Positions 25,325-37,068 of a DNA stretch of 64,000 nt are shown here, one piece after another. The position numbers and the translations under genes were made by a program. The DNA is from Hydrolagus colliei (lineage: Eukaryota). Under the pieces are notes generated by a model. The model had not been told where the DNA came from. It ran no database searches and saw only the letters and a program-made list of their open reading frames with translations. The stretch is from positions 20,460,001 through 20,524,000 of the forward strand of contig CM068743.1 of the NCBI GenBank assembly GCA_035084275.1, in the 5' to 3' direction. Numbering within the stretch: position 1 is the first letter of the stretch; each line of letters starts with the position of its first letter.

Positions 25325-25941
25325 TGTCCTGTAATATTAGTTACCTCAAGATTGCCAGCACTCTGTAACCTGCTGAGTGTGGAACTCCTGCTGCATAAGC
25401 ACCTCTCCCTCCTCATTCCTCTTGCTCATTGCAGCCAGCGTTTGCCATACCTACAGCGGTTGTACATCACCACATAGGGACTGGCCATAATGCTGGGGTA
25501 CTGCACCATATCCGACCTCTCTGCCATCCATTCCGACCGTCTCCTGAAATCCCAGCACTGGCCGCTCAACTTGCAGAGCTTCTTCCTGTACGTGTTCGTG
25601 GTGGTGATTTAATCTTCGAGTTCGCCTAGCCAGTTCTCTTGTCAGAGGTTTCTTTAAGGGTGACTGGGTAACCATCTCTCAGGCCTTCATATCCATGGTC
25701 AGGACAGTACGACACCAACATCACTCGTCTCTTTGTCATCTCCTGCTCCATATTGGTCAACACTATTCTCTCCGTCCGCTTCTTCTCTTCTTCAGTGCCT
25801 TGGGACGTCCTCCCGACATGAAAGGCGCTTTATAAGTTTAAGTTGTTGTTGTTGTTGTTCTCATTATAGCTCACACCGCACTTCATCGTGGCTATGCTTC
25901 TAGTCTCTCTGACCATTCGCCTGTAATATCGGCTTAAATAA
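25325..25941 (+). pseudogene. SLC35A4: Decayed SLC35A4 (nucleotide-sugar transporter family) pseudogene, 3' two-thirds
   Basis: Frame-shifted segments in the right order: SYLKIAST (25339), FLLLIAASVCHTYSG, LYITT*GLAIMLGYCTISDLSAIHSDRLLKSQHWPLNLQSFFLYVF (25460), ISQAF, NITRLFVISCSILVNTILSV (25717), SL*LTPHFIVAMLLVSLTIRL*YRLK* (to 25941). These match recalled SLC35A4 segments LSNLKIGST, LHITPLGLLLLILYCLISGLSSVYTELLMKRQRLPLALQNLFLYTF, SITRLFVVSCSLVVNAVLS and QLTAAFFLATLLIGLAMRLYY. Confidence 0.88.
25788..25857 (+). mobile_element. Ultra-short L2 3' tail inserted in the SLC35A4 pseudogene
   Basis: 'cagtgccttgggacgtcctcccgacatgaaaggcgc..(ttg)n'; putative TSD ttctc (25783-25787, 25858-25862). Confidence 0.9.
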
Positions 25942-26074
25942 CGCGGTGAGAATGTGAGGATAGTGTGGCCGTTCTCTTGTTCTCAAACCATCTGTGTCTC
26001 TCTCTTCCATGTATCATGATCCATGATTTGGATCAGATCTCTTTGTCTCGCACGGCTTGAGGAAAATCACCGCT

Positions 26075-26510
26075 GTGGTTACAATGCGCATCAGGTAGTA
26101 GCACTCTCACTTCTGAGTCACAAGGTTGTGTGTTCAAGCAGGTTGGGATTTGAAATTGCATAGTCAAATGCAGTGTGTTGCATTTTTGGATATGCCGGCT
26201 TTTGGATGAGACACTAAACTGATGTTTCATTTGCTTGTTCGGGTGAATGTGAAAGATCCCCCGGTACTATTCGAAAAGAGAATGGAGTTTCTCTCTCCCA
26301 GTGTCCTGGCCGATCATCCCCCCCCAAATAAAGAAAAGAAATGTGGTCACCCATTCCACCACTGTGTGGGTCACTGCTGTGCACAATTGGCTGCCGCCAT
26401 TCGACTACAAAATACACAGTCAGTTCCCTTTATAGTATATCTGTGAAGCGCTTTGAAATGTCTTAAAGACGTGATAAGGCCCTATGTCAAATGCAAGGAT
26501 TATTATTATG
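26075..26510 (+). mobile_element. Deu-domain SINE
   Basis: Head 'ttctgagtcacaaggttgtgtgttcaagc'; core 'ttttggatgagacactaaac..aaagatcccccggtactattcgaaaagag'; tail 'aaatgcaaggattattattat'. Confidence 0.88.
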
Positions 26511-27229
26511 ATGGGGGATACTGTTCTTTTCCTCCTGATCATTTGGTTTTTTTTATCCCCCCAAGTGTGCTTTTTGTAGCAAACAATTCATTTCAGTGAG
26601 TTTATGTTGAAAAACAATACAGTTCTAAATGGAAGTGATTTTTAAAGAAATAAAACTTGTGAATCTCATTGTTCAATGTTACCTTTTTTAAAAAAACACC
26701 TGAATGGTTTAATAGTAGTTTAAACATGAAGCTCATTTTCACCAGAATCTATTACCTTTGGCGACTTGTTTTTGCAAAGTGAGATGTTGCTCAATGTGCT
26801 TGTCTATGTTTATTCTCAGCCTGCATGAGTCTTATCTCCTCAAGGGTTAACAAAAGTCAATTGCAAACTTACTATAGTGTTGAAGAATGTTAGCAGATGA
26901 TTTGTGGAATCTTTTGGTGGCCTCAGCCTCCATACCAAGTACTTCATGGGTGGTCAAAGATAAGACCTATTTCCAATTGGTGAGAGAAAATAAGGGCTGC
27001 TATGTTTGTACAGGATAGAGGTGTGGCATTGTACTTCACCCACACATGCAGACTTTACCACATGAAGACGTGGTATTGAGGCAAAACAGAAACTCGAGGA
27101 AATGATCACTTAAGGTAATGTTTATCTTTAATCATTGATTTTAGCAGTTAGAGCAATGTGTTAAAAGCCTTTTGTAATCAGCAATTTTTTGTAAACCACA
27201 AATTCTTCATAAAAATTCCGCACAAGCTT

Positions 27230-27530
27230 GATGTTTATTGCTGATAGATTGTCTGTGATTAACGCCAAAGGTAGTTGTGGATATTGAGCCCTGGTCTTCC
27301 AAACATGTGAGGTAGAGGAGTGGCTGATGTGTGATCTTGTTGAAAGAGTAGATGGCACAGAACAATGTAGCTGATAGAGGATTGGTGGCATGGAAGAATC
27401 TTGCTGCGGCAGTGGATGGCATTGAGTGACTTTGCCAGTGGGGGAGAGGGGATCAGGTTAGCATCAGGTATAAAAGAAGACCAATCTGCTTCTCAAGATC
27501 AGGCAGTGTCAGGTTTCTAGAGCCAGTTCG
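27230..27530 (-). mobile_element. Old L2 internal fragment
   Basis: Purine-rich reverse L2 ORF2-like sequence ('gatagaggattggtggcatggaag') resembling parts of 30538-32327. Confidence 0.45.
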
Positions 27531-27983
27531 GTGTCTCTCAATTACCGGATGCTTACCACTTAACTAAAGTGCTCTGTTGATAATGTCACGTGCAGATACA
27601 TGAGCTGAACTTCAAATCTAAGCATCTCACATGTGATGCACAAGATGCGGCATGGTCATAATGGGAGGAGAGAAATCTTCATGAGGCTATTCCTCCCAAT
27701 CCCAGGTGTACAGTAACTAATTGGTAATTGAGTGAGAGTTGGATGTTGATTTGGAGCTTCAGCATATCCATTCCAATTTTTTTTTTTTTTTTAGGGATTC
27801 TTATCAGGCGTGTGGAGTAAGGAAACTTGCCCGAGGTTTCGCCCTGACCAATACAACAGATTTGAATCCAGTTACTAGTAGATTTAGGCCCTTTGCCCAA
27901 AGCAATCCATCATTGGCCAAAACAATGAACACTAAACTTGCAATGTTACTAAGGCTATAAGAATAATTAATGTAGGTTGAAAC

Positions 27984-28725
27984 TAGGGTCCGTCGATATG
28001 TAAATTTTCCGATTTAGATATATCGATGGGCTCATATTGAGATATACCGAAATATCAATATTTTTGGGGTTTTCGTTCTGTGCACGCACGCGCGTCACGA
28101 GGTGCGCACCTCCGAATGCGCGCGCACAGTACGAAAACCCCGAAAATATTGATATTTGGTATATCTCGAAATATACCCGTCTCTCCCCTCCCACGTCTCT
28201 CCCCCCTCCTCCCCATCTCTCTCCCTCCCCCCCCCCTCCGCCTCTCTCCCCTCACCCCGCCGTCTCTCTCTCCCCCCCGCCGTCTCTCTCCTCCCCTCCC
28301 CCCGCCGTCTCTCTCCTCCCCCCCCCACCGTCTCTCTCTACCCCCCCCCCCGCCATCTCTCTCTCCCACCCCCCACCCGCCGTCTCTCTCTCTCTCACCC
28401 CCCCTCCATCTCTCTCCCCCACCCCCCATCTCTCTCTCCCCCCCACCCCCTCCGCGCTACCCCACCCAGCCGTCTCTCTCCCCTCACCCCTTGCATACCT
28501 GTATATTGTATTCGAGGACTATGAATACAATATGGCGGCTTGCACCTCGGTCTGTGCATTGTGTATAGAGATGAGCATTCTGGGTCTTGTAGTTCAGTGC
28601 GCGCGCATTCTGATTTTTTTTCGATATATCGACTTTTTCCGATATATCGATATTTTTTAAATGCCTATATCGGCATATCGATATGAAAATTATATCGGAT
28701 ATAACCGATATATCGCTGGACCCTA
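27984..28725 (+). mobile_element. hAT MITE copy 2
   Basis: TIRs tagggtccgtcgat / atcgctggacccta; TSD gttgaaac/gttgaagc (7 of 8); same body as copy 1 with a shorter minisatellite. Confidence 0.93.
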
Positions 28726-29439
28726 GTTGAAGCAAATGCACAACAGGGGATATGAACCTACAGTCTTCTGACCCAAGATGTAGGAGAACCCTTGACCGAG
28801 ACAGGCTAATGCCTACTTCGACAATATAACTTGCAAATAAATAGAATAGAAAAATATTCAGGATTTATCAGTCAGCACTTATCAAAATATTCTTTACTGT
28901 TGGAGTGACTGTCTAATTAGAAAGCAACTCTTAGGATTTTTTTTTCTTTTCCTTTCAGTTATCTATAAAGATTGGGTAAAGCATAGAAATTTAAATTTAC
29001 TAACTTCGGAAATGCTCCAAAAATTATGATGGGATGCTGAGATCAAATTTGCAGGTGTCACAAAAGGAATTTGCAAGTCCCAAATCATACAGATATCTGG
29101 ATGCAACCTTCTGGAACTTCCCTCTAATGCTAATTAACTGAGATTTTCTGCCCAGCAAAAACAGCTTTGTTTGGCCACATTCCAGTTTTATGGCAGTTGG
29201 GCATGAGATTGGCATCCAAGCCAAATTCTAGCAGGTTAAATGTATTTGAGACATTGCAGGATTCACAATTTACAATTATTTCGCAGCTCCCATAAATTAG
29301 ACAAAACACAAAATACGGCAGATCATAGAGCATAAAAGGAGGCCATTTGGCCCTTAGCTCTTTGAAGAGTAATTCAATCCCACTTTCCAGCTCTCTCCCC
29401 ATAACCTTGCAAACCCGTCCTCCCCAAATAAATGTCTAG

Positions 29440-29535
29440 CTGGAATGCTGGAAGTCTGAAAACAAAAACAGTGGACCTGAAACGTTGATTCACTTTCCTT
29501 TCTCCATAGATGTTACCTAACCTGCTGAGTGTTCC
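29440..29535. mobile_element. Penelope-type terminal-repeat fragment, next to an old CR1 tail at about 29320-29440
   Basis: 'ggacctgaaacgttgattcactttcctttctccatagatgttacctaacctgctgagt'. Confidence 0.65.
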
Positions 29536-29717
29536 CATAAATTAGATGCCGTTATAGAATGAGTTAAATAGGTGCAAGAATTTGTAAACAAGTGGAGTAA
29601 ATGATAAGGATTTGCAAGGAAAGTAAAGGAAACGGATGATCCTAGGTTCCATGGCTCAATGGATTGTTAAGTGTTCTGCTATGTAGCCTCCACCTATATA
29701 GATAAAACAGGGATTTT

Positions 29718-29779
29718 TTGGACGTCCTCCCGACGTGAAAGGCGCTTTATAAGTGTAATTTGTTGTTGTTGTTGTTGTT
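29718..29779 (+). mobile_element. Ultra-short L2 3' tail
   Basis: 'ggacgtcctcccgacgtgaaaggcgctttataagtgtaatttgttgttgtt'. Confidence 0.9.
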
Positions 29780-30279
29780 CACCTGTGGGACCCAAATTGA
29801 ACTTTAGTCCAGAATGACAAAATCAAACCATCTTCTTTAGCAGTTAGTGTACCATCTGAAATTGATTTGGTGAGTTGCAATCCAGTTGTTAATGGGTCCA
29901 GGCCTATTGCTATAAAACTACACATCATTCGCAAAACATAATGAGCTTTAAATTGGCAATCTTACTATGCCTTTGAGGACAGATGATGTAAGAAGGCAAA
30001 ACTTCACAGTGAGTACAGTGGGCAATGCTTTTCTAAAATTGTGGTTAAGGCTGCCTTTCATAAGTAAGGAACATGTATGATGTATTATTCTGGATGGCAT
30101 ATTCTGTATAAAGTACCAAGAGCCAATACAAACAATTATACATTGTTTATTTAATCGAATTAGTATGGATCGGCACCAGTTGAAATCCACATTTGTATCA
30201 TTCTGCCTATTGTAACACCACCACACTGGGCCAAGAGAAATGACGTATTAATCCAAACAATTTTAAAATTGATCTTGTG

Positions 30280-32383
30280 AAGTCCTGTAGCTTAGTGGTT
30301 AGAGCACTCACCTTGCAAGCAAGAGACCTGGGTTCGATTCCAGGCAGGTCAGGGTGAAACCTTGGGCAAGTTTCATTACTCCACATGCCTAATAATAGTC
30401 CCTCAAAAAAAACAGTAATAATTTGGTCACTCAATCTACAACTGTTTGTGGTACCCTGCTGTGCACAATTGCCACATTTAGCTCACATATATATAGTCAA
30501 TTCACTTTATAGTACATTCTGTGAAACGCTTTGAGACAACAACAAAATTACATTTGTAGAGTGCCTTTCACATCTTGAGGACATCCCAAGACCCTGAACA
30601 GTCCGTTGTCAGGAAATGAGTACGGGTTGGGGGGTTGGGATGAGGGAGGGCAGACAGGTAGAAGGGCGACTGAAGGCACAGTCAAAGAGGAGAGTCTTGA
30701 GACCAGACTTGAAGGAGGCAAGGGAGGGAGTAAGGCAAAAGGATTGTGTGATCCGAGTTCTAAAGCATGGGGGCAGCTTGTGAATGGAAGTGTTGAGGAG
30801 GCCGTCAAAGAGGGAGTTGCCGTAATCAAGTGTAGAGGTGACAAATGCATGTAAGGGTTTCAGCAGCCTGAGGGCTAAGGTAATGATGGAGACGGGCGAT
30901 GTTGTGGAGGTGGTGGAAGGCGGTGCTGTTCATCGCATGGATATGGGGGAGAAAGGACAGCTCAGGGTCAACCAAGACACCCAGATTCCTGACTGGCTTG
31001 GATAGATGTAGTGTGCAACTGTGGGTGCTGATATTGCCGGTGCCTGAGGTGTGGCGATGCTGGCCCAAGCCAATCAAGAGGGCCTTGGTTTTGTTGACGT
31101 TGAGCTGTAGAAAGTTGTCTCTCATCTAGGACTTGATGTCTGACAGGCAGTCTGTCAGGACAGCAGTAGTCCTGGAATTGAAGATGGAGGCAGCAAGGTA
31201 CAGTTGGGTATCATCTGTATACATGTGGAAATTTACTCCATGTCTGCGGACCAAGTGGGAGCTTGTAGAAGTTGAAGATGAGGGGACCAAGGACAGAGCC
31301 CTGAGGCATACTGCACAAGACAAAGGAAAGTAAACCATTGACAGAGAGAAAATGGAGACAGTGTGAAAGATAGGACCTGAGCCAGTCAAGGACAGAACCT
31401 TGAAGGTTGAGGTGAGAGGAAAGGCGGTGTAGGAGGTTTGAGTGGTACACAGTGTTGAAGGCAGCAGAAAGGTCGAGGAGGACGGGGAGGCAGAGGGAGC
31501 TCCGGTCACAGATGGACAAGATGTCATTTGTGACCTTGACCAGAGCAGTTTCCAGGCTGTGAGCAGCATGGAAACCCAATTGAAGGTGCTCATTGCAGGG
31601 AGTGGGAGGAGAGGAAAGAGCAAAGCTGCAAAGCAACGACTCTTTCAATGACCTTGGAAAGAAAGGGTAGATTGGAGGTGGGCTGGTAAATGAAGAACAG
31701 AGATGTGTCCAGGGAAGGTTTCTTGAGGATGGGGGTTATTGTGGCTGTTTTGATGGGGGTGGGAATGGTACCGGATGAAAGGGAGAGATTGATGGTGTCG
31801 GCGAGTATGGGGGTGAGGAGGTGGAGCTGCGAGGTAAGGAGAAGGATGGGGAAGGGGTCAAGCAAGCAGGGCTTCATGGAGGATATAGTAATATAGGATA
31901 TAGCGGAGCGGAAGACAGGTTGGAAAGTGTGGATGTATGGGTAAGGGTTGGAATGTGGGGGGGGGGGGGGGAGATAGGGAAGGGGTGGCAGTTGGGAGGG
32001 CAGAGGCAGCTGAATGGACTTAAAGAAATCCAGCATCTCCTCACAGTGGAAGCTGGAGGAGGGAATAGATGAGGCATGAGGGGTGGATGGAGGAGCCAGT
32101 TTGTTGAGGAGAAAAAGAGCCTGGGGTAGCCCTTCACCTGCAAGATTATCTTGGAGTAGAAGGATGATTTGGCAGAGGCATGAGTGGAGTGGTAATTTTT
32201 GGTGTGGTCCAACCAGATGTACAGGTAGACCATTAGGCTAGATTTGAGCCAGGTGAGTTTGGCAGCCTGTACCTGACCCATGAGGGAACGGAGGTGGCAG
32301 ATGAACCAAGATGAGGTTTGTGAGTAGGAGACGTCTGGAAGACATGAAAAGCGCTATTTCAAATGCAAGGATTATTATCATTA
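30280..32383 (+). mobile_element. tRNA-Ala-like SINE (30280-30537 and 32328-32383) split by an L2 insertion
   Basis: A box 'tagcttagtgg', TGC-like anticodon loop 'cttgcaa', B box 'ggttcgattcc'; the tail 'gtctggaagacatgaaaagcgctatttcaaatgcaaggattatt' resumes at 32333. Confidence 0.9.
30538..32327 (-). mobile_element. L2 LINE ORF2 fragment (RT) with frameshifts and deletions
   Basis: SNLPFLSKVIERVVA, ETALVKVTNDIL, LLDLSAAF, PQGSVLGPLIF, HMYTDDTQLY, NFLQLNVNKT; (AAC)n tail at 30538. Confidence 0.95.
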
Positions 32384-32384
32384 A

Positions 32385-32710
32385 CTTTGTCTAGTTTAAG
32401 ATGACACTCTAGCCCAATTTGGTATGAGTGCTGCATTTTAGGAGGTGCCATCCTTTGAATTAGAGTTAAACTGAGATTCCTTCTGCCTGTTCAGCTGGAC
32501 ACCAAAGTTCCCAAGCCAGTTTTTGAAAAAAGTGAAGGGAGTTTCTTCTGCTGTCCCAGCCAACAATCCTCCCAATTAAATTGATGGTTCATCTCCTGGT
32601 TATTTGTGGGAAATTGCTATGTGGCAAACTGGCACCTGCAGTCACCCACAAGTACAATCACTACAAGTTACAGTAAATTCCACGATGCGCTTTGAATTGC
32701 TTCAACATTA
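32385..32710 (+). mobile_element. Degenerate Deu-domain SINE
   Basis: 'gtgctgcattttaggaggtgccatcctttgaa..gttaaactgag..ctgtcccagccaac'. Confidence 0.7.
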
Positions 32711-34028
32711 TGCACAGCAAAATTTTATGTTGAAATCAATATTAAAGAAGCGATATGCTTTGTTATCTATCTTTAATTTTTCTTGAGGGCTATTAAGTTA
32801 CTTATAAGTAATGCTTACTTGATTGCTTCCTCAATCATGCCTGTCACGCATCACTCTGTAATATCTCTGGGCCAGGTATTAATGGCCCATATCCTGTCAC
32901 TCTACAGTAAGGTCCAGAAGAAATAGGCTTAGACTGCAGCTTGGAGCAAGATACAACTTACTCAGCCTAGTCGTTTGAAAATGGGAAGTCATAGAAAATC
33001 AAAAGTAGTACTGTAACTCATAGGCTGTGGAAATGAGTAAAGAGTAGATTTGCATTAATTGGGTTTAGTAGGCTTTTGAAAAACTGATTTGGGTAATCAG
33101 TGGTTGACTCATGATGGTAATGCTAACAAACGTTGCCTAAGGCAAACTATTTTAAGTAGATGGCTTAAAATGCTATGTTTGAAAGTACAGCATCGCTCTG
33201 GTAAATATTCTGATACAGTTCAACCACATCAACCTTTATTCAAACCTGAACTCAACTACGTTTTGAAGAGTTTTTCACTAAAATTAATCACCTGAAAATC
33301 TCAACTATGAAACCCAACAAAACAAATAGATTTCTCCAGACAAAAAGCTACTTTGAAGCATTGTTAGTTTCATTTATTCTATGAGTGGGGCATGATTTTA
33401 CAATCCACCTCAATATTGCTGAGCCCAAGAAGAGAGGAGAATTGACTTTCAAACCTAAAGGTGACATCTGATGATTCATTTAACCACAGTGAACTCTGCT
33501 TTAAAATGAACTTCTTCTCAAGTTGATTTGTTGCTGGAATGAATATGAACCCAACACAACAAAATTTGTGCCATTAATGTCCGCAATTAAAAAATTGAGA
33601 AATGGACAAAAAAGAGACAAGGTAAAATGTGGAAAAATAAAAAGGAATAAGAATCTTTTTTGCATCTTCTGCACCAAATCAGGACATGCTGAATTCAGCC
33701 AGCACTGTCCATTCTGGACCCCCTGACTTGTGTCAGTACACAAATTTGACATGTACTGATGTGTTATGGATTTGTATTGGTAATAGGTTTTTAGAAGTTG
33801 GATATAGAGTGGCCTGGTTTGGAACCAACAGCATAAAATAGGTAGCATGCTCAATTTCCAAGGGTGTATTTGTGGAACAATGCCTGGATTGAGTTCAGAG
33901 GATATCTGTTTGTGTCGTGTATTGGAGGTAGCGGGCCCTGATCTTTGTGTCCTGGATTGGAGACAGCTGGCCCCTGACTAAAGAGATCAGCAAAGACTCA
34001 GCAGCAGCCATGTTAACATCAAAAAGGT

Positions 34029-34092
34029 ACAACAACAACAAATAGCATTTTTACAATGGTTTTCATGTCGGGAGGACGTCCCAAGGCGCTGG
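34029..34092 (-). mobile_element. Ultra-short L2 3' tail
   Basis: 'acaacaacaacaaa..ttcatgtcgggaggacgtcccaaggcgctg'. Confidence 0.88.
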
Positions 34093-34422
34093 TGTAATTT
34101 ACTTGTCAAGAATAAAAAGTGAATCAATCAGTCCCAAGTAAAAATGCAGGACTCTGCAGGACATAACAGTGCTATGTTGTCCAGCCGGGCAAGGCATAGT
34201 GCAACAAGGTTATATCACGTGCTATTACTGGAACTGTGCCCCGTAAACAATTTAAATCAATTTGGTTGGCCCATCACATTCTGCCTCCTCATTGCTGTGC
34301 ACTACAGCAGGGGAGCCCTTGTCTGAATTGCATTTTAGTTACGCTGAAGTATTTTCTGGAATACAATTTGGATTGATTGATACATGGTAAACCTTGGCTC
34401 TCCGAATTCTATCCATTACCCT

Positions 34423-34553
34423 ACTGCGGTGTGCAATTGGCTGCCGCCACCGCCACAAAAAATACAGTTAATTCACTTTACACTATGTTCTGTGACATCC
34501 AGAAGAAGTGAAAAATGCTATATCAAATGCAAGGATTATTAATTTTATTATTA
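34423..34553 (+). mobile_element. SINE 3' fragment
   Basis: 'gtgcaattggctgccgcc..aattcactttac..atatcaaatgcaaggattatt'. Confidence 0.8.
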
Positions 34554-35709
34554 CCCTTCATTTGTTTAATGCTTTCATATCTCAATGTTTCAGTGATCCA
34601 TTTGCTTCCAGACTGACAATAGTTGTGTAAATACTTATTTGGGAGAAATTAAGTGAATGATGGTAGAACACTCTCGTTGAAAAATGAATGTCTTTCGATT
34701 TAATTAAAATGTTTTTTTTGAAAGGCCATCATGGTTATCCCTTAAAGGGATTGACCTAATTGCTTCTCTTTTTTTTAAAAGAAACAATCTGGTCCGTGGA
34801 TCAACAAAAAGTTGAGTCCCTCATCCTGATGTCAGAGGGGACTTTAATTACATAGATGACACTATTTTAATTAATTTAACCTTTGGGTGGAGATAGAAGA
34901 GCAGCGCAGAGGTTGATTGTCGGAGATGTCTGTGTGTTACAGAGCCATAATCTTTCCTCCCCTGCCTCTACACCTCCAGAAGAATTCTTCCAATTCATTG
35001 ACTAATCCATACTGTTACTCAGTCTGGATCATTGAGTGCAGCAGGGGGTTGAATTATGCTCTGTGTGGAGGGAGAAGTGAAATTTTTGATGTGATGTAGG
35101 TCTGCTTGACAAATTTCTGCTTAAAGCATTTCAACTTTTTCCATCAGTGTACTAACCTGAGGCAATATCACAGCAGGCGGTCAGTTGTGTATATTTATGA
35201 AAGGGAGGAGATGGAGAAATTGTTAAAATGGAAGTTTTTGCTGCAAATGGAAAGGGGGAAAAAAAGTGATTCAATTGGAAGAACACAGATGGAAAATGTA
35301 ATGAGACAGCATGACCTAATTTGATAAATTGTAAGGGTAATGACATGATGGGTCAAAGGCCCACTCTTGATTGGACCCTGAGATCCATTTACATAATGAA
35401 AGTGACACTGTTTGTGTGGTGACGGTTTGAATTAGCTTCAGATCCTCATTTCCTCCCACTGTTGGATAATATGATTTTACCCATTTTGGCCGTGCCCCTT
35501 TACAATGAAAGTGGACATGCAGAAAGCTGACTATGGGTGCTCTCCAATCAAGAAATTGTCACTTTCAGTACATCTAGAGCAAAAGCCACTTAACTAATGT
35601 GCAGAGAGCACTAATTTACCTGGTCTCTTTAAAGTTGAGGGTAACCTACCTTGAGGATGGTTGGAAGTATCAATAAAGGTTTTGCAGTAACCAATGGAAG
35701 CTTGAGATA

Positions 35710-36520
35710 TAACAACAAATTACACTTATATGGTACCTTTCATGTAGGAGAATGTTTCAAAATGCTTTACAGAGACTGAGTGTGAGTTGAGCTTGTAGGA
35801 AAATTAGGGATTATGTGGTAAAACACCTATTTTAAGAGAGGTTTTGGATGTGTTTTGAAAACATAGAGTGAGTTCCAGAGAATGGGGGGCAAAGTGGCTG
35901 ACAAATTGCTTAACTTGCTGCTGGAGCAGGAAGGTGGGAGGGGGGAGCGGGGGGGGAGTGGATTGTGAAGTGAGCTGGAGTTGGAGGAGTGCTGGAAGTG
36001 GTCAGGTTAGTTGGACCACAGGAAATTGCAGAGGTCAGGTTGAGCAAGGCCATGGGGATGTTTGAAGATATAGTTGAGGATATTAAGCTTGATGCAGTGG
36101 GGAAAGAGAACCAGTGGAGGCTGGCAAGAATGAGAGTGATTGGCTGGTGAAGCTTTATGGGAGAGAATGCTGTCGGCTGAGTTCTGGATGATATGGAGCT
36201 TATGGAAAGTAGAACTGAGGAAGTTGGTGAGCAGGGCATTAGAGAAGTCAAGTCTAAGATGTGAATGAAGTTTGCTTTGGGGTGATCAAGGCAAGTGATA
36301 ATACAGAAATAGAAGAAAGCAGACTTGGTTGAGGCCCACATGAATGCCTTAACGGAATGTTAAGGTAGCAAACTTAGAAATGCTACAAATTTTGGGAGGA
36401 GAAGGCATTTGATGGGGCAGATGCAGGGAAATATAGGACTAGAACCAGGAAGGTGCAGAGTTACAGAGGTGAACTTGGAAGAAGTGAAGAAGGATGTAAA
36501 GATGGCGGTAAAGGTCTACA
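35710..36520 (-). mobile_element. Old L2 3' fragment
   Basis: 'aacaacaaattacacttatat' tail; minus-strand HQPITLILASLHWF motif. Confidence 0.7.
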
Positions 36521-37068
36521 AGGTTAAGGGTACAGAAAATTGTGTGAAAGTACTGGTAGTCGTGTGGCAGTGTAAACTTTCAAAAGTTTGTCCATCCCTG
36601 GCACACACTTCAGAGATTTTTACTGTTTAGCAGAACTCTCTTACCCCTGTGGAAGGTTTGTGAAAAACCAAATACATGATGATTTTAAAAGTTTAAGGCT
36701 ATGGTTTTAAATCTTAAGAGGATGGGAATTTTTGAGCAACACCTCCTTTTAGGAATCTGACCCAACGGCAAGCCTGGCAATACACACAGCCCTCTCAATC
36801 CAAGCATAACAAACTTGGTAGATGTTTGGAATATGACTCCATACATAGCTGTTTGCACATGTAGGAGAATTTACTGCTCAGACATCTTGTTAACTCAGCA
36901 GCTGCCTTAGCCATAGTAATGCAGTAACACAAATGGGCCATACAGCCCAACTGCTTTGTTATCTATTAGACTGTGCCAGCTGTATCAGGTCTGGACCAAA
37001 GTGACCAACATAACAGTTTCCCAAGATTATAAAATATGATCTCCACTGTCTGACCCTAATCAGTTATT

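Noticed and set aside
28959-28975. 17-nt exon after a strong pyrimidine tract
   Set aside because: The donor is mediocre, it does not preserve frame, and nothing else supports it.
30280-30352. tRNA-Ala(TGC) gene (also 19060-19129 and 42579)
   Set aside because: It runs directly into a SINE body and tail, so it is a SINE head.
34785-34825. hAT-Charlie-like terminus 'tggtccgtggatcaacaaaaagttgag'
   Set aside because: No matching second TIR or TSD was found.
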